A stretch of 64,000 nucleotides of DNA from Fidelibacterota bacterium (GCA_016845065.1 JAERTG010000023.1:54055-118054), one strand, 5' to 3'; positions 29,475-39,353 are shown, numbered from the stretch's first letter. Made by a program: numbers and translations. Notes: a model not told the origin generated them from the letters alone.

Positions 29475-30227
29475 TCATAATTCAAACCCCATCGAAAGTC
29501 TTAATTCGGCCCACCAGGAGGAGCCAATTAATTCAATATCTGTTATAAGGACACCGCGTGTCCCCACGCGTAAAAAAGTATTTTTTGTCGGGCGAAACCT
29601 GTATCCCAGTTCCAACATGCTCCCAATTTCAGAGTCCCAGAAACCAAAACCAAATGCTGCACTGGACTGATCACCGATTGCAGAGGCCTGGAGGATGTAA
29701 GCCAAACCAGCAAAGGTTCCACCCTGAGGATAGGTATTCTCAAAACTAAATGTAGAAACTTCGAACAAAAAATAGAGTGGAATACTTTCCACATAAACCT
29801 CATACGGCAACTTAACTGCCATGCCCGCATCTATATACGAATACCAGGATTCAAGTTGACCGGATACGCTGTACGGTGAAGACATATTGAAGGAAAGGTA
29901 AGATCCGTTCAATCTGCTATTTTTAAAAATACCAGGTGCTGGGCCTCTCACTGCTTTACGTTTTCTACCCTGGTCTACTTCCTCTGGAATATCTTCTGGT
30001 ACGACTTCTGCTTTTTCATCGCTACCATATAGTTCTTTTACAAGAGCTTCATAATCATAGTCCGTGTTTCCAGAACCATTTTGTCCATCACCGAAAACCA
30101 GAGATGTATCCTGTGTCCCCGCTTCATTCTGATCAGAATTATCCTGAGCCATGATTGGAGTTGATACTATTAGATAGAAACCAAGCGACAGCAGGGTCAA
30201 CATGTTTAGCCGTTTCAGCATGGTCAA
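29475..30227 (-). CDS. Exported protein, acidic N-terminus and beta-barrel-like C-terminus (paralog 2)
   Basis: Signal peptide (IMA-Q), amphipathic beta strands, ends LRLSMGFEL; similar to the upstream neighbour. Confidence 0.75.
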   Translation of the reverse strand: MTMLKRLNMLTLLSLGFYLIVSTPIMAQDNSDQNEAGTQDTSLVFGDGQNGSGNTDYDYEALVKELYGSDEKAEVVPEDIPEEVDQGRKRKAVRGPAPGIFKNSRLNGSYLSFNMSSPYSVSGQLESWYSYIDAGMAVKLPYEVYVESIPLYFLFEVSTFSFENTYPQGGTFAGLAYILQASAIGDQSSAAFGFGFWDSEIGSMLELGYRFRPTKNTFLRVGTRGVLITDIELIGSSWWAELRLSMGFEL

Positions 30228-30251
30228 ATATTCTCGCTCAATCCTACTTGA

Positions 30252-31121
30252 TTACCAGAACTTTATACCAGCGGTAAACCTGGGTTCCAACCACCAGCTA
30301 GATCCAATTGGTTCAATGTTATAGGCCCAGTTCCAGCGATAGCCTGCTGAGAAAAATAGAGAATGATATTGATATGAGTACCCAAGCCCAGCCATCGCTC
30401 CAAAGGTGGGAGTGAACATACCGAGACCCAACTCGAGTTCAGCCCCGTATATTTCAGCTCTGGCCAAGGGCATAACTGAAAACCCCTTAAATTCGCCACC
30501 TACTGGAAACGAATTGACAAAATTGAAGCTGGAGATATCCACAGAGAAGGAAAGTTCAACTGGCTCAAAAGTGAAATGCCATGGAAGTTCTGTTGTCAAA
30601 GAAACATCCATATAAGAGAACCAGGTATTTAATTCCTCTGGCACCACCTGTGGCGAATAGAATGATAGCGTGAAGCCTGTGTCCTCAAGAATAGTACCCT
30701 TGACATATTTACCCAATTCCAGGGGGTGGTCTGTAACATCTTCCAGAATATCCCCCTCAGCTGTTCGGGTGATCAAGCTCTCATAATCATCATCTGAATC
30801 AATACCCCACTCATCCACTTCAGTTGTGTCGACCTCAGCTTCTTCTTCCGTATCCTCTTCTTCCCCAAAGTCTCCAAAAAAATCATCTTCACTGGATACA
30901 TCAGTTTCCGAATCTGCTTCATCATCAGTCTCAAAAGAGAAGTCGTCGCCTCCAAGATCAAATTCATCCCCAAACAGGAGGCTATCACCTTCAGAGTCAC
31001 CAAACAAATCTTCTTCCTGTCCATAGAGATTCGGCGAAAAAAGCGTAAGTATCAATAGTCCTAAAACAACTACCGAAAACTTCGAAACCTGATGTGTAAA
31101 TTTGCTGAAATACAAAAGCAT
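30252..31121 (-). CDS. Exported protein, very acidic N-terminus and beta-barrel-like C-terminus (paralog 1)
   Basis: Signal peptide (LYG-Q), D/E/F low-complexity tract, alternating aromatic strands (GLGYSYQY, FSAGYRWNW), ends FTAGIKFW. Confidence 0.75.
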   Translation of the reverse strand: MLLYFSKFTHQVSKFSVVVLGLLILTLFSPNLYGQEEDLFGDSEGDSLLFGDEFDLGGDDFSFETDDEADSETDVSSEDDFFGDFGEEEDTEEEAEVDTTEVDEWGIDSDDDYESLITRTAEGDILEDVTDHPLELGKYVKGTILEDTGFTLSFYSPQVVPEELNTWFSYMDVSLTTELPWHFTFEPVELSFSVDISSFNFVNSFPVGGEFKGFSVMPLARAEIYGAELELGLGMFTPTFGAMAGLGYSYQYHSLFFSAGYRWNWAYNIEPIGSSWWLEPRFTAGIKFW

Positions 31122-31394
31122 AATACTCTGTACCCTTATATTGGTCTTTAGACCATTTTTTATTAATCGTGAAATTTATGATAACTCAAGTTTGAAACAA
31201 GTCTTTACGTGGAAGTGTGATCTAGGAAACACCTTGTCTATCAAGCGCTAATCTTGGGTTGCTTCAAGGAGAATCTTGATACCGAAGCATACATTTATTT
31301 CGTAATCATTTTGTGGACTTGACAATTAGCTTTTGTGAATGGAAAGTACGGAAATATATTGCCTGCCGCTTGAGATATCAGGCAGTTGAAATAT

Positions 31395-31479
31395 GGAGAG
31401 GTGGCCGAGTGGCTTAAGGCGCACGCTTGGAAAGCGTGTGTACGGCAACGTACCGTGAGTTCGAATCTCACTCTCTCCG
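31395..31479 (+). tRNA. tRNA-Ser(GGA)
   Basis: GGAGAGG/TCTCTCC acceptor, CACGC-TTGGAAA-GCGTG anticodon arm, long variable arm GTACG-GCAA-CGTAC, T-arm GTGAG-TTCGAAT-CTCAC. Confidence 0.97.
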
Positions 31480-31534
31480 CACCATCTGTACAGGATCTTA
31501 TATTCGAACTATCATGGAATGGTAGCTTTACTTG

Positions 31535-31603
31535 GTGAGTTCGAAACGAAACGAAGTGTAGTAAGACGAGGGCATCGCCCGCAGTCAATCTCACTCTCTC
31601 CGC
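31535..31603 (+). repeat. Duplicated tRNA-Ser 3' end interrupted in the T-loop
   Basis: GTGAGTTCGAA (31535-31545) + 41-bp insert + AATCTCACTCTCTCCGC (31587-31603); both parts are identical to 31455-31480. Confidence 0.85.
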
Positions 31604-31606
31604 TTA

Positions 31607-31646
31607 AAACAAGAAAGACCCCGTAAAAACGGGGTCTTTCTTGTTT
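31607..31646. terminator. Bidirectional intrinsic terminator
   Basis: Perfect inverted repeat AAACAAGAAAGACCCCGT-AAAA-ACGGGGTCTTTCTTGTTT between converging transcripts. Confidence 0.9.
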
Positions 31647-31686
31647 GCATGTCTCTAACACCCGACTTAAGTCTGGTGTTAGTAAA

Positions 31687-32457
31687 CTACTGAGGCTTTA
31701 GCCAACTCTCCAAAATTTTTCCATCCCCTGCAATATTTATTAACTGCTGTTGAAGGATCTCCAAGGGTGCCAAAGGATTAGCAAATATTTTTCCCAGGAA
31801 AAGGGGTTTGCTATCATGCAAGTATACCCCAAGACGAGGAATAAAACTGCCTCCCCATTTTGGTAATCCAGTTAGTGGGTAAGAAATCGCAACCTTTTCG
31901 TATCCAGCATCTTCAATCTGGATCAATAGATCTGAATTCCAGGCATTAAACGGTGGACAAAAGGTACTCACTTCACTGCCAATCTGGTCCTCAATGTGTT
32001 TCTTTGAACTCACCAGTTCATCCTGAATTTTCTTGTGATCCATAGAAATGAGACGTCGGTGGGTTTTCCCATGGGACCCAATCTCCCACCCTTTCTCATG
32101 AAGACCGCGGAGTTCAGACCAATTCATATGGCTGATTTGTTTGCTTTCAGGGAAATAATCCCAGCTATTTTTTTTCCCTACATAGTCAGTAATGGCGAAA
32201 ACGGTTGCCACGCCACCCACTTCATCCAAAACGGGAGCGGCAAATTCATTAACACATGAGTATCCATCGTCAAATGTGACCAAAATCTGGTTTAATTTTG
32301 GATCAAAATCATTGATCCGGGAAAATGAAAAACCCAGACGCCGGAGTTCCAGCATCTGGGTTCTGAATTGATGCGGTGTTGTTGTCGTTACTCCCCACTC
32401 AAATTTTTCAGAGACCTTGTGATAGACGAGGCCCCTGTTATAAACAGGGAATGACAA
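31687..32457 (-). CDS. Polysaccharide deacetylase (CE4/NodB family)
   Basis: VYHKV, VTFDDGY, WEIGSHGKTH, EL..SK..IE, FCPPF. Confidence 0.9.
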   Translation of the reverse strand: MSFPVYNRGLVYHKVSEKFEWGVTTTTPHQFRTQMLELRRLGFSFSRINDFDPKLNQILVTFDDGYSCVNEFAAPVLDEVGGVATVFAITDYVGKKNSWDYFPESKQISHMNWSELRGLHEKGWEIGSHGKTHRRLISMDHKKIQDELVSSKKHIEDQIGSEVSTFCPPFNAWNSDLLIQIEDAGYEKVAISYPLTGLPKWGGSFIPRLGVYLHDSKPLFLGKIFANPLAPLEILQQQLINIAGDGKILESWLKPQ

Positions 32458-32460
32458 AAT

Positions 32461-33576
32461 TTAACTCAAAACCTGGTCTAAGGGCGTGTACTCCAGTCCA
32501 AAGGCTTCCGCGACTGCTTCGCATGTTACTTTACCATCGACCATGTTCAAACCAAGAGCAAAGCCATCATCTGACTTGAGAGCTGTTTCAACACCATTGT
32601 TGGCAAGTTTGATCACGTATGGCAGGGTGGCATTTGTCAAAGCAATGGTCGAAGTATATGGCACAGCACCGGGCATATTTGCCACACAGTAGTGCACCAC
32701 ACCGTCAACCACGAAGGTTGGATCTTCATGTGTAGTTGGTTTACAAGTCTCAACACAACCACCCTGATCAACGGCGACATCAACAATTACTGAGCCTTTT
32801 TTCATCAGACTGAGCATATCGCGAGTGATGAGTCGGGGAGCCTTTGCCCCTGGCAGAAGTACTGCACCAACTACGAGATCAACTTCAGGCAATAGCTCAC
32901 GAATGTTAGCAGGAGATGAATAAATTGTGGTGACATTTTTTGGCATAAAATCATCCAGGTCACGAAGACGATCCAGATCAATATCCATGATATAAACCTG
33001 AGCGCCCATTCCAGCAGCAATCTTTGTGGCATGGGTTCCAACAATACCACCACCCAAAACCATGACAGTTCCAGGTTTCACTCCAGGAACACCGCCTAAG
33101 AGCACACCGCGTCCTCCGCTCTTGTGCTCTAGAAAACGTGCGCCTTCCTGAGTTGCCATGCGACCTGCAACTTCACTCATAGGTTCCAATAACGGTAAAT
33201 TTCCCGCCCTATTTTCTACGGTTTCATAAGCAACTGCCCAGGCGTTGGTTTCGAGGAAACCCTTTGTGAGCGCTTCATCAGCAGCAAAATGAAAATAGGT
33301 GAAAACGATTTGTCCAGGTCTTGTCCGGGCGATTTCTACAGCCTGAGGTTCTTTAACTTTTACAATCATCTCAGCATTAGCCCAGATTTTGTCAACATCA
33401 GGTTCTATCGTAGCACCAGCATTAACATACATCTCATTTGAAAAGCCACTGTTGATACCACCGTTGTCCTCTACGATGACTTTGTGACCGTTGGCAACCA
33501 ACGATTCAACGCCACCTGGAGTCATTGCAATACGATTTTCATTCGTTTTTATTTCTTTGGGTACTCCGACGATCAT
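32461..33576 (-). CDS. ald: Alanine dehydrogenase
   Basis: MIVGVPKEIKTNENR, KVKEP, FTYFH, LLEPMSEVAGR, GGGIVG, DVAVDQGGC, YCVANMPGAVP. Confidence 0.97.
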   Translation of the reverse strand: MIVGVPKEIKTNENRIAMTPGGVESLVANGHKVIVEDNGGINSGFSNEMYVNAGATIEPDVDKIWANAEMIVKVKEPQAVEIARTRPGQIVFTYFHFAADEALTKGFLETNAWAVAYETVENRAGNLPLLEPMSEVAGRMATQEGARFLEHKSGGRGVLLGGVPGVKPGTVMVLGGGIVGTHATKIAAGMGAQVYIMDIDLDRLRDLDDFMPKNVTTIYSSPANIRELLPEVDLVVGAVLLPGAKAPRLITRDMLSLMKKGSVIVDVAVDQGGCVETCKPTTHEDPTFVVDGVVHYCVANMPGAVPYTSTIALTNATLPYVIKLANNGVETALKSDDGFALGLNMVDGKVTCEAVAEAFGLEYTPLDQVLS

Positions 33577-33660
33577 ATTCGCCTCCTATGATAATACTTG
33601 GACGGTTGTGCATGTCCACGTTCGAAAACCTCGAACTCGAACTCCCCTCGGGACGGTCCT

Positions 33661-34902
33661 CTAGACTGCGTTAGCCGGTTCCAAAATGCTAGTAAAAAAC
33701 CTATCCGGATTGAACAATTCTCGTGCCAAGACTTGAATTCTCTCCACATCAATCGCTTCAATCTTTTTAAGAAATTTGTCTAGACCGATATTTTCACCAT
33801 AATATATCTGCTGACGACCCAGACGCATCATACGTCGCTCCATGGATTCATCACCCATGACGATTCCTGATTTATATTGTGCTTTTACCATTTCCAGCTC
33901 AGCATCACTCACTGGATCTTTGACCATTTTTTCAAGCTCAGTATGGGTTAGCTCAACTGCAAGATCTCGTTTTGTTGGATCGGTAGCGAGGTAAACACCA
34001 AAAGATCCCGTATCACGATACAGATTCACAAAAGAAAATATTTGGTAGGCAACACCATGGGCTTCCCTGATGTTCTGAAACAACCTAGAACTCATTCCCC
34101 CACTTAGAATGGAATTGAGTACAGCGATATCATAGCGTCGCTCGTCAAAAACAGAAAAAATTGGGAGGCCAGTGATAAGGTGACTTTGCTGAATATCCTT
34201 GGTTCTGGTTTCTTTACCCGGGACATAGCTTGTGTCTACAATTGGCTCAAACTGATTTGCACCGGAACCAGGACGATCGTATCTATCCTCAATCAGCTTG
34301 ACAAGTACTTCATGATCCACATACCCAGCAGCTACAATTATTGTATTCTCAGGGCTGTAGTTTTGATCCAAATAGGCAGTTAAGGCTTCAGCTGTAAATC
34401 CCTTGATGGATGTCTCATTTCCCAGAATGGGTTTCCCGATGGAGTTCTCAGGATAGAGAAATTTTTCAAATGTATCAAATGCCAGCTCTTCCGGAACATC
34501 TCTGCTGTCTCGTAATTCATCCAGAACTACAGATTTTTCGCGCTCTATTTCAGCGAGAGGAAAAGTGGGGTGAAGCAATAAATCTGAGAGAACATCAACT
34601 GCATCCTCCAGATATTCACTGAGAAATCTGGCATGATAACAGGTATACTCCTTGGTAGTGAAGGCGTTGAGATGTCCACCTACACTCTCCAATGAAGATG
34701 CTATTTCAAAAGTAGACCGATTTTTGGTCCCCTTAAAAACAGTGTGCTCAAGAAAGTGTGAGATGCCAGCAAGGGGTTCAGGTTCATAACGACTCCCAGC
34801 ACGTACCCAGATGCCTAAAGCCACCGAACGGACTGTGTCCACCGTTTCTGTAACGATGGTCAGCCCGTTCGATAGTGTCGTTTGCTTACGAAGTGACGTC
34901 AC
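33661..34902 (-). CDS. M16B (pitrilysin/MPP-like) zinc peptidase
   Basis: GSRYE, HFLEH (HxxEH), NAFT.KEYTCY, GMSSRLFQ.IRE; usual position downstream of pnp. Confidence 0.93.
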   Translation of the reverse strand: MTSLRKQTTLSNGLTIVTETVDTVRSVALGIWVRAGSRYEPEPLAGISHFLEHTVFKGTKNRSTFEIASSLESVGGHLNAFTTKEYTCYHARFLSEYLEDAVDVLSDLLLHPTFPLAEIEREKSVVLDELRDSRDVPEELAFDTFEKFLYPENSIGKPILGNETSIKGFTAEALTAYLDQNYSPENTIIVAAGYVDHEVLVKLIEDRYDRPGSGANQFEPIVDTSYVPGKETRTKDIQQSHLITGLPIFSVFDERRYDIAVLNSILSGGMSSRLFQNIREAHGVAYQIFSFVNLYRDTGSFGVYLATDPTKRDLAVELTHTELEKMVKDPVSDAELEMVKAQYKSGIVMGDESMERRMMRLGRQQIYYGENIGLDKFLKKIEAIDVERIQVLARELFNPDRFFTSILEPANAV

Positions 34903-34911
34903 TTCAGTAAT

Positions 34912-37098
34912 TTACCGACGATTGTTATCCCGACGACCACGATCACGGCCACCGCCTCTGCCACCGCGATTGTTATCACGCTGCGGACGAGGTCTCTTAG
35001 GTGGTTCGACCCAGCCTTCTGGTTTTTCGAGAAGTGCTTTACGACTTAAGTTATAGCGTCCGCTGTCGTCAACTTCCATCAGTTTTACTTTAACGGTGTC
35101 ACCAACATTGAGAACATCTTCAACCTTTTCTACGCGTGCATATTCCAGATCACTAATATGAATCAGTCCTTGCTTGCCCGGTAGAAATTCAACAAAAGCG
35201 CCAAATGACATGAGGCGTACCACTTGGGCTTCAAACTCTTCACCTGCTACAGGTACCCGAACGATTCCGTTAATACGATCAGCAGCAGCTTCGGCACCCT
35301 CAGCGGTTTCTGCAAAGACAAAAACAATACCTTCCTGGTCGATCTCGACAGTTGCGCCGGTATCAGCCTGGATAGCTTTGATGATTTTGCCCTGTGGTCC
35401 AATAACATCTCCAATCTGATCAGGTTTGATACGGATTGTGATAAATCTTGGAGCATGTGGAGACAGTTCTTCACGTGCAGCTGGCATAGCAGATTCCATG
35501 ATATCAATGATGTGCTCACGACCTTCTTTTGCCTGCAGCAAAGCTTCGGTCATGAGTTCTGCACTGATACCTTCAATCTTGAGGTCCATCTGAATAGCAT
35601 TAATACCATCTTTGGTACCTGTAACCTTGAAATCCATATCACCATAGTGATCTTCATCTCCAAGGATATCAGAAAGGACAGAAAAGCGTTTTCCGTCACT
35701 GATGAGGCCCATGGCGATACCAGCAACTGTTTTCTTGGTGGGAACACCAGCATCCATAAGTGCCAATGAGCCTCCACAAACACTTGCCATTGAGGATGAG
35801 CCATTTGACTCTAGAATCTCGGATACAAGACGTACGGTATATGGGAAGTCTTCCTTTCCGGGTAGGAAAGGTCGAAGACTCCGTTCTGCCAGGTTACCAT
35901 GACCAATTTCACGACGACCAGTAAAACCAATACGACCTGTCTCACCCACACAATATGGTGGGAAGTTATAATGCAGATAGAATGATTTTTTGTAGTCCTG
36001 ATCAATATTGTCTATGATCTGTTCATCTAATTTGGTGCCGAGTGTTGTAACTACCAATGCCTGGGTTTCACCTCTGGTAAACAGAGCTGATCCATGAACT
36101 CGTGGTAAGACACCAACTTCAGCAGTGATCTTACGGATTTCCTTTAATCCACGACCATCAACTCGACTACCCTTGGCCATAATTCTTTCACGAATATTGG
36201 CTTTGAGACGTTTATCAAAAACTTCTCCTACCACTTTGAGATGGTCTGGATATGTTTCTTCGTATTTTGCAACGAATTCGTCTTTGGCAGCTCCACGTGC
36301 ATCCTGTCGTTCTGACTTAAGTACGATTGAGTTCAATTCAGTAAGAACACCTTCATCAATCGCAGAATCGACATCAGCAATGATAGCTTCCTTCGTCTCA
36401 TCCACTTTGAGTTCGCGTTTTACAGGTTTGATCTCATCAATGATACTCTGTTGGAAGGCTACAACTTCAGAAATTGCCTTTTGGGCAAAGACGAGAGCTT
36501 CAACCATAACTTCTTCAGATACTTCATCAGCTTCACCTTCAACCATGACAACATCAGTCGCTGTACCAGTAATGGTAATATCCATTTCTGATTCTTCGGC
36601 CTGGGCGTAGGTTGGGTTGAGGATAAGTTCTCCATCGATACGACCGACGTGAACTGAAGCTACAGGGCCATTCCAAGGGATATCGGAGATAGACAGGGCA
36701 AATGAGGCACCAATCGTACCTAATGCATCAGCGGTGTTTTCACCATCACTTGAAACCACAGTAATCATAACCTGAGTTTCATTATTAAAGCTATCGGGGA
36801 AAAGCGGACGAATAGGTCTATCCGTCATTCGAGAACTGAGAATTTCTTTCTCAGATGGTCTTGCTTCTCTTTTGAAAAAACCACCGGGAATTTTTCCACC
36901 GGCATAAGCCTTTTCTCTATATTCAACTTGCAGTGGGAAAAAGTCCCTGCTATTGTCTTCATGTTTTGATGCAGTAGCTGCCACCAGGACAGATGTCTCA
37001 CCATAAATGGCGAGCACGGAGCCACCAGCTTGTCTGGCCATGCGACCTGTTTCTAGACTAAGCGTACGTCCGCCCAGCATCATTTCTTTTTTAATCAA
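34912..37098 (-). CDS. pnp: Polynucleotide phosphorylase
   Basis: DFFPL.V.Y.EK, HGSALFTRGETQ, RREIGHG, ESNGSSSMASVC, GDMDFKV, KH and S1 domains. TTG start. Confidence 0.98.
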   Translation of the reverse strand: MIKKEMMLGGRTLSLETGRMARQAGGSVLAIYGETSVLVAATASKHEDNSRDFFPLQVEYREKAYAGGKIPGGFFKREARPSEKEILSSRMTDRPIRPLFPDSFNNETQVMITVVSSDGENTADALGTIGASFALSISDIPWNGPVASVHVGRIDGELILNPTYAQAEESEMDITITGTATDVVMVEGEADEVSEEVMVEALVFAQKAISEVVAFQQSIIDEIKPVKRELKVDETKEAIIADVDSAIDEGVLTELNSIVLKSERQDARGAAKDEFVAKYEETYPDHLKVVGEVFDKRLKANIRERIMAKGSRVDGRGLKEIRKITAEVGVLPRVHGSALFTRGETQALVVTTLGTKLDEQIIDNIDQDYKKSFYLHYNFPPYCVGETGRIGFTGRREIGHGNLAERSLRPFLPGKEDFPYTVRLVSEILESNGSSSMASVCGGSLALMDAGVPTKKTVAGIAMGLISDGKRFSVLSDILGDEDHYGDMDFKVTGTKDGINAIQMDLKIEGISAELMTEALLQAKEGREHIIDIMESAMPAAREELSPHAPRFITIRIKPDQIGDVIGPQGKIIKAIQADTGATVEIDQEGIVFVFAETAEGAEAAADRINGIVRVPVAGEEFEAQVVRLMSFGAFVEFLPGKQGLIHISDLEYARVEKVEDVLNVGDTVKVKLMEVDDSGRYNLSRKALLEKPEGWVEPPKRPRPQRDNNRGGRGGGRDRGRRDNNRR

Positions 37099-37112
37099 AA
37101 TATCTCCAATTC

Positions 37113-37382
37113 CTATTTACGTATACCAAGCTTATTAATTAAAGCTTTGTATTCAGCTGCATCAGTCTTCTGGATGTAGCGTAGCAGGCGGCGACGTTGC
37201 CCAACCATTTTGAGCAAGCCGCGGCGGCTGTGGTGGTCTTTCTTGTAGGCTTTCAAGTGCTCTGTCAGATTTCTAATCTGAGTCGTGAGAATGGCAACCT
37301 GAACACTCGTTGATCCAGTATCCTTCTCATTTTCGCCATATTCTTTGACGAGAGCAGCCTTTTCTTCTTTTGTTATTGACAT
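37113..37382 (-). CDS. rpsO: 30S ribosomal protein S15
   Basis: [13 protein letters not shown]....[20 protein letters not shown]; start MSIT at 37382 after GGAGG. Confidence 0.98.
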   Translation of the reverse strand: MSITKEEKAALVKEYGENEKDTGSTSVQVAILTTQIRNLTEHLKAYKKDHHSRRGLLKMVGQRRRLLRYIQKTDAAEYKALINKLGIRK

Positions 37383-37392
37383 GTGTCCTCCT

Positions 37393-38352
37393 TCAGACAT
37401 CCCGATAATTTTCGATTATCGCTATACACGTTTTCTTATCATTTTCTAATTGTATTATTAAATCGTCCACACTGGAAAATTTCTTCTCATCTCTCAATTT
37501 TTGTAAAAACTCAAGAATCACATCTTGATCATACAAATTTTCTTTCCCTGCTGGAATGTTAAAGAGGTTCACTTCAATCGTGATCTCATTGCCATTTTTA
37601 AAGGTTGGGCGAACCCCAACGTTACACATTCCAAAACTGGAAAATTCATCCGTCTTGACCCGGGCAAGATACACGCCCTTGTTTGGTATCAACTTGTTTT
37701 CCGCATGCGGATCAATATTCGCAGTTGGAAAATTGAGACTCTGTCCCCTCTCGTCACCATGCACTACTGTGCCATATATTGTGTAGGCATGACCCAACAT
37801 GGCATTGGCCAGATCCAATCGATCAGATTCAATGTGATCCCTGATGAGCGTGCTGCTTACAGGCAGATTCTCATTATTAATAGGACCGACAACACTAACA
37901 TTGTATCCTTTGTCCTCACCACGGAGTCTTAACCATTCAGCATCCCCGGCACGGTTGTGACCAAAGCGATGATCATAGCCCACTACCACATGCTTGACCC
38001 TCAGTGTATCCTCAAGAACCCGCTCGGCAAACTCATCTGCAATCATGCTCGAGAATCCACGATTAAAGTCAAGCACAAGCAGGTAATCCACAGGAGCATA
38101 TTGCTCGATGAGAGATGCTCTCTCTTCAATTCCTGTTAATAATCGAATTGGCCTCAGGTCACTGTCCCTCAACAATTCTTGTGGATGAGGGTGAAAAGTA
38201 ATGACTACAGAAGGCAATCCTCGTTCGTGCGCCTCAGAGATACAACTTGAGATCAGCGTCTGATGACCACGATGTATACCATCAAAGCTTCCGATAGTAG
38301 CAACGCTACCGCTCAGCTCAGGAAAATCTTCTATGCAGCGGATGATTTCCAT
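37393..38352 (-). CDS. ribF: Bifunctional riboflavin kinase / FAD synthetase
   Basis: [50 protein letters not shown]. Confidence 0.97.
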   Translation of the reverse strand: MEIIRCIEDFPELSGSVATIGSFDGIHRGHQTLISSCISEAHERGLPSVVITFHPHPQELLRDSDLRPIRLLTGIEERASLIEQYAPVDYLLVLDFNRGFSSMIADEFAERVLEDTLRVKHVVVGYDHRFGHNRAGDAEWLRLRGEDKGYNVSVVGPINNENLPVSSTLIRDHIESDRLDLANAMLGHAYTIYGTVVHGDERGQSLNFPTANIDPHAENKLIPNKGVYLARVKTDEFSSFGMCNVGVRPTFKNGNEITIEVNLFNIPAGKENLYDQDVILEFLQKLRDEKKFSSVDDLIIQLENDKKTCIAIIENYRDV

Positions 38353-38999
38353 TTTTCAATAAACTCTGGTATGCTCAAGGCATCCTCTATGCGATAGTCG
38401 CCAATCGCTGTTCTTTTCAATTCTTTAACATGGGCCAGGGTACCAAGTTTATGAGCAATATCTTCTGCCAAAACCCGGATATAGGTTCCCCTACCACATC
38501 TCACACAAATATTTAACTGATCGCTTGTCCATGATTTAAGCTCAATGTCATAAATCATGACCGTGGAAGGTTTGCGTTCTACAACCTGACCCTTGCGAGC
38601 CAGTTTGTATAATTTCTTGCCATCAACTTTTTTAGCAGAATACATGGGAGGGATCTGTGTAATTTCACCACTGAATTCTGCCAATGCCCCAAGAATCTTA
38701 GCTTCTGTGAGCTCTGGGATTGATGATGTTTCAATCACCTCACCTGTTCGATCGCCGGTATCAGTCTTATTTCCAAATAAGATTTCAGCATCATATGTCT
38801 TGGGCATATCCATGAATTCATTTTGACGTTTGGTATTTTTTCCCGTTAATACGATAAGTACACCTGTAGCAAATGGATCCAGTGTGCCGGCGTGACCGAC
38901 TTTTTTGATCCTGGTAGTGTACCGTACTTTTCGGACAACGTCAAAGCTGGTCCAATCCATAGGCTTGTTAATATTGATGATATGCTCACTGGGGATCAT
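38331..38999 (-). CDS. truB: tRNA pseudouridine(55) synthase
   Basis: NKP..WTSFDVV, KVGHAGTLDPFATGVL, QIPPMYSA.K..G..LY.LAR, GTYIR. Confidence 0.97.
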   Translation of the reverse strand: MIPSEHIININKPMDWTSFDVVRKVRYTTRIKKVGHAGTLDPFATGVLIVLTGKNTKRQNEFMDMPKTYDAEILFGNKTDTGDRTGEVIETSSIPELTEAKILGALAEFSGEITQIPPMYSAKKVDGKKLYKLARKGQVVERKPSTVMIYDIELKSWTSDQLNICVRCGRGTYIRVLAEDIAHKLGTLAHVKELKRTAIGDYRIEDALSIPEFIEKWKSSAA

Positions 39000-39331
39000 A
39001 GATCTTTCAAGACCCGATTCATTTTATCAGCATACCCTAGTGAGTCGTCAATAAAAAACTTTAGTTCAGGTACATATTTTAGTGGGACTTCCTTCCCAAC
39101 ATGAAAACGAACCCGACTATTGTGCTGTTCTAAGGTTTTAAAGGTGAAGGCTACATCTTCATCACTACCATATATGGAGAAGTACACATAAGACATTTTG
39201 AGGTCAGGAGTCATTTTTGCTTTGGTGACAGAAACAAATCCTGGGGTTGCATTTGCCAGATTGAGGATCAAGTATTCAGCTACAGCGGCTCTGATAGCCT
39301 CTGCGACCCGTTTTTGTCTTGCAATACCCAT
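38996..39331 (-). CDS. rbfA: Ribosome-binding factor A
   Basis: R..RVAE.IR, MTPDL, LKYVPEL.F..D.S; lies between infB and truB. Confidence 0.93.
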   Translation of the reverse strand: MGIARQKRVAEAIRAAVAEYLILNLANATPGFVSVTKAKMTPDLKMSYVYFSIYGSDEDVAFTFKTLEQHNSRVRFHVGKEVPLKYVPELKFFIDDSLGYADKMNRVLKDL

Positions 39332-39353
39332 TTATTTCACTTTATCCGAAGGG

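Noticed and set aside
31650-31690. Integron attC site (TAAC...GTTA)
   Set aside because: Too short, imperfect RYYYAAC/GTTRRRY boxes, no extrahelical-base pattern, and no integrase or cassette array.
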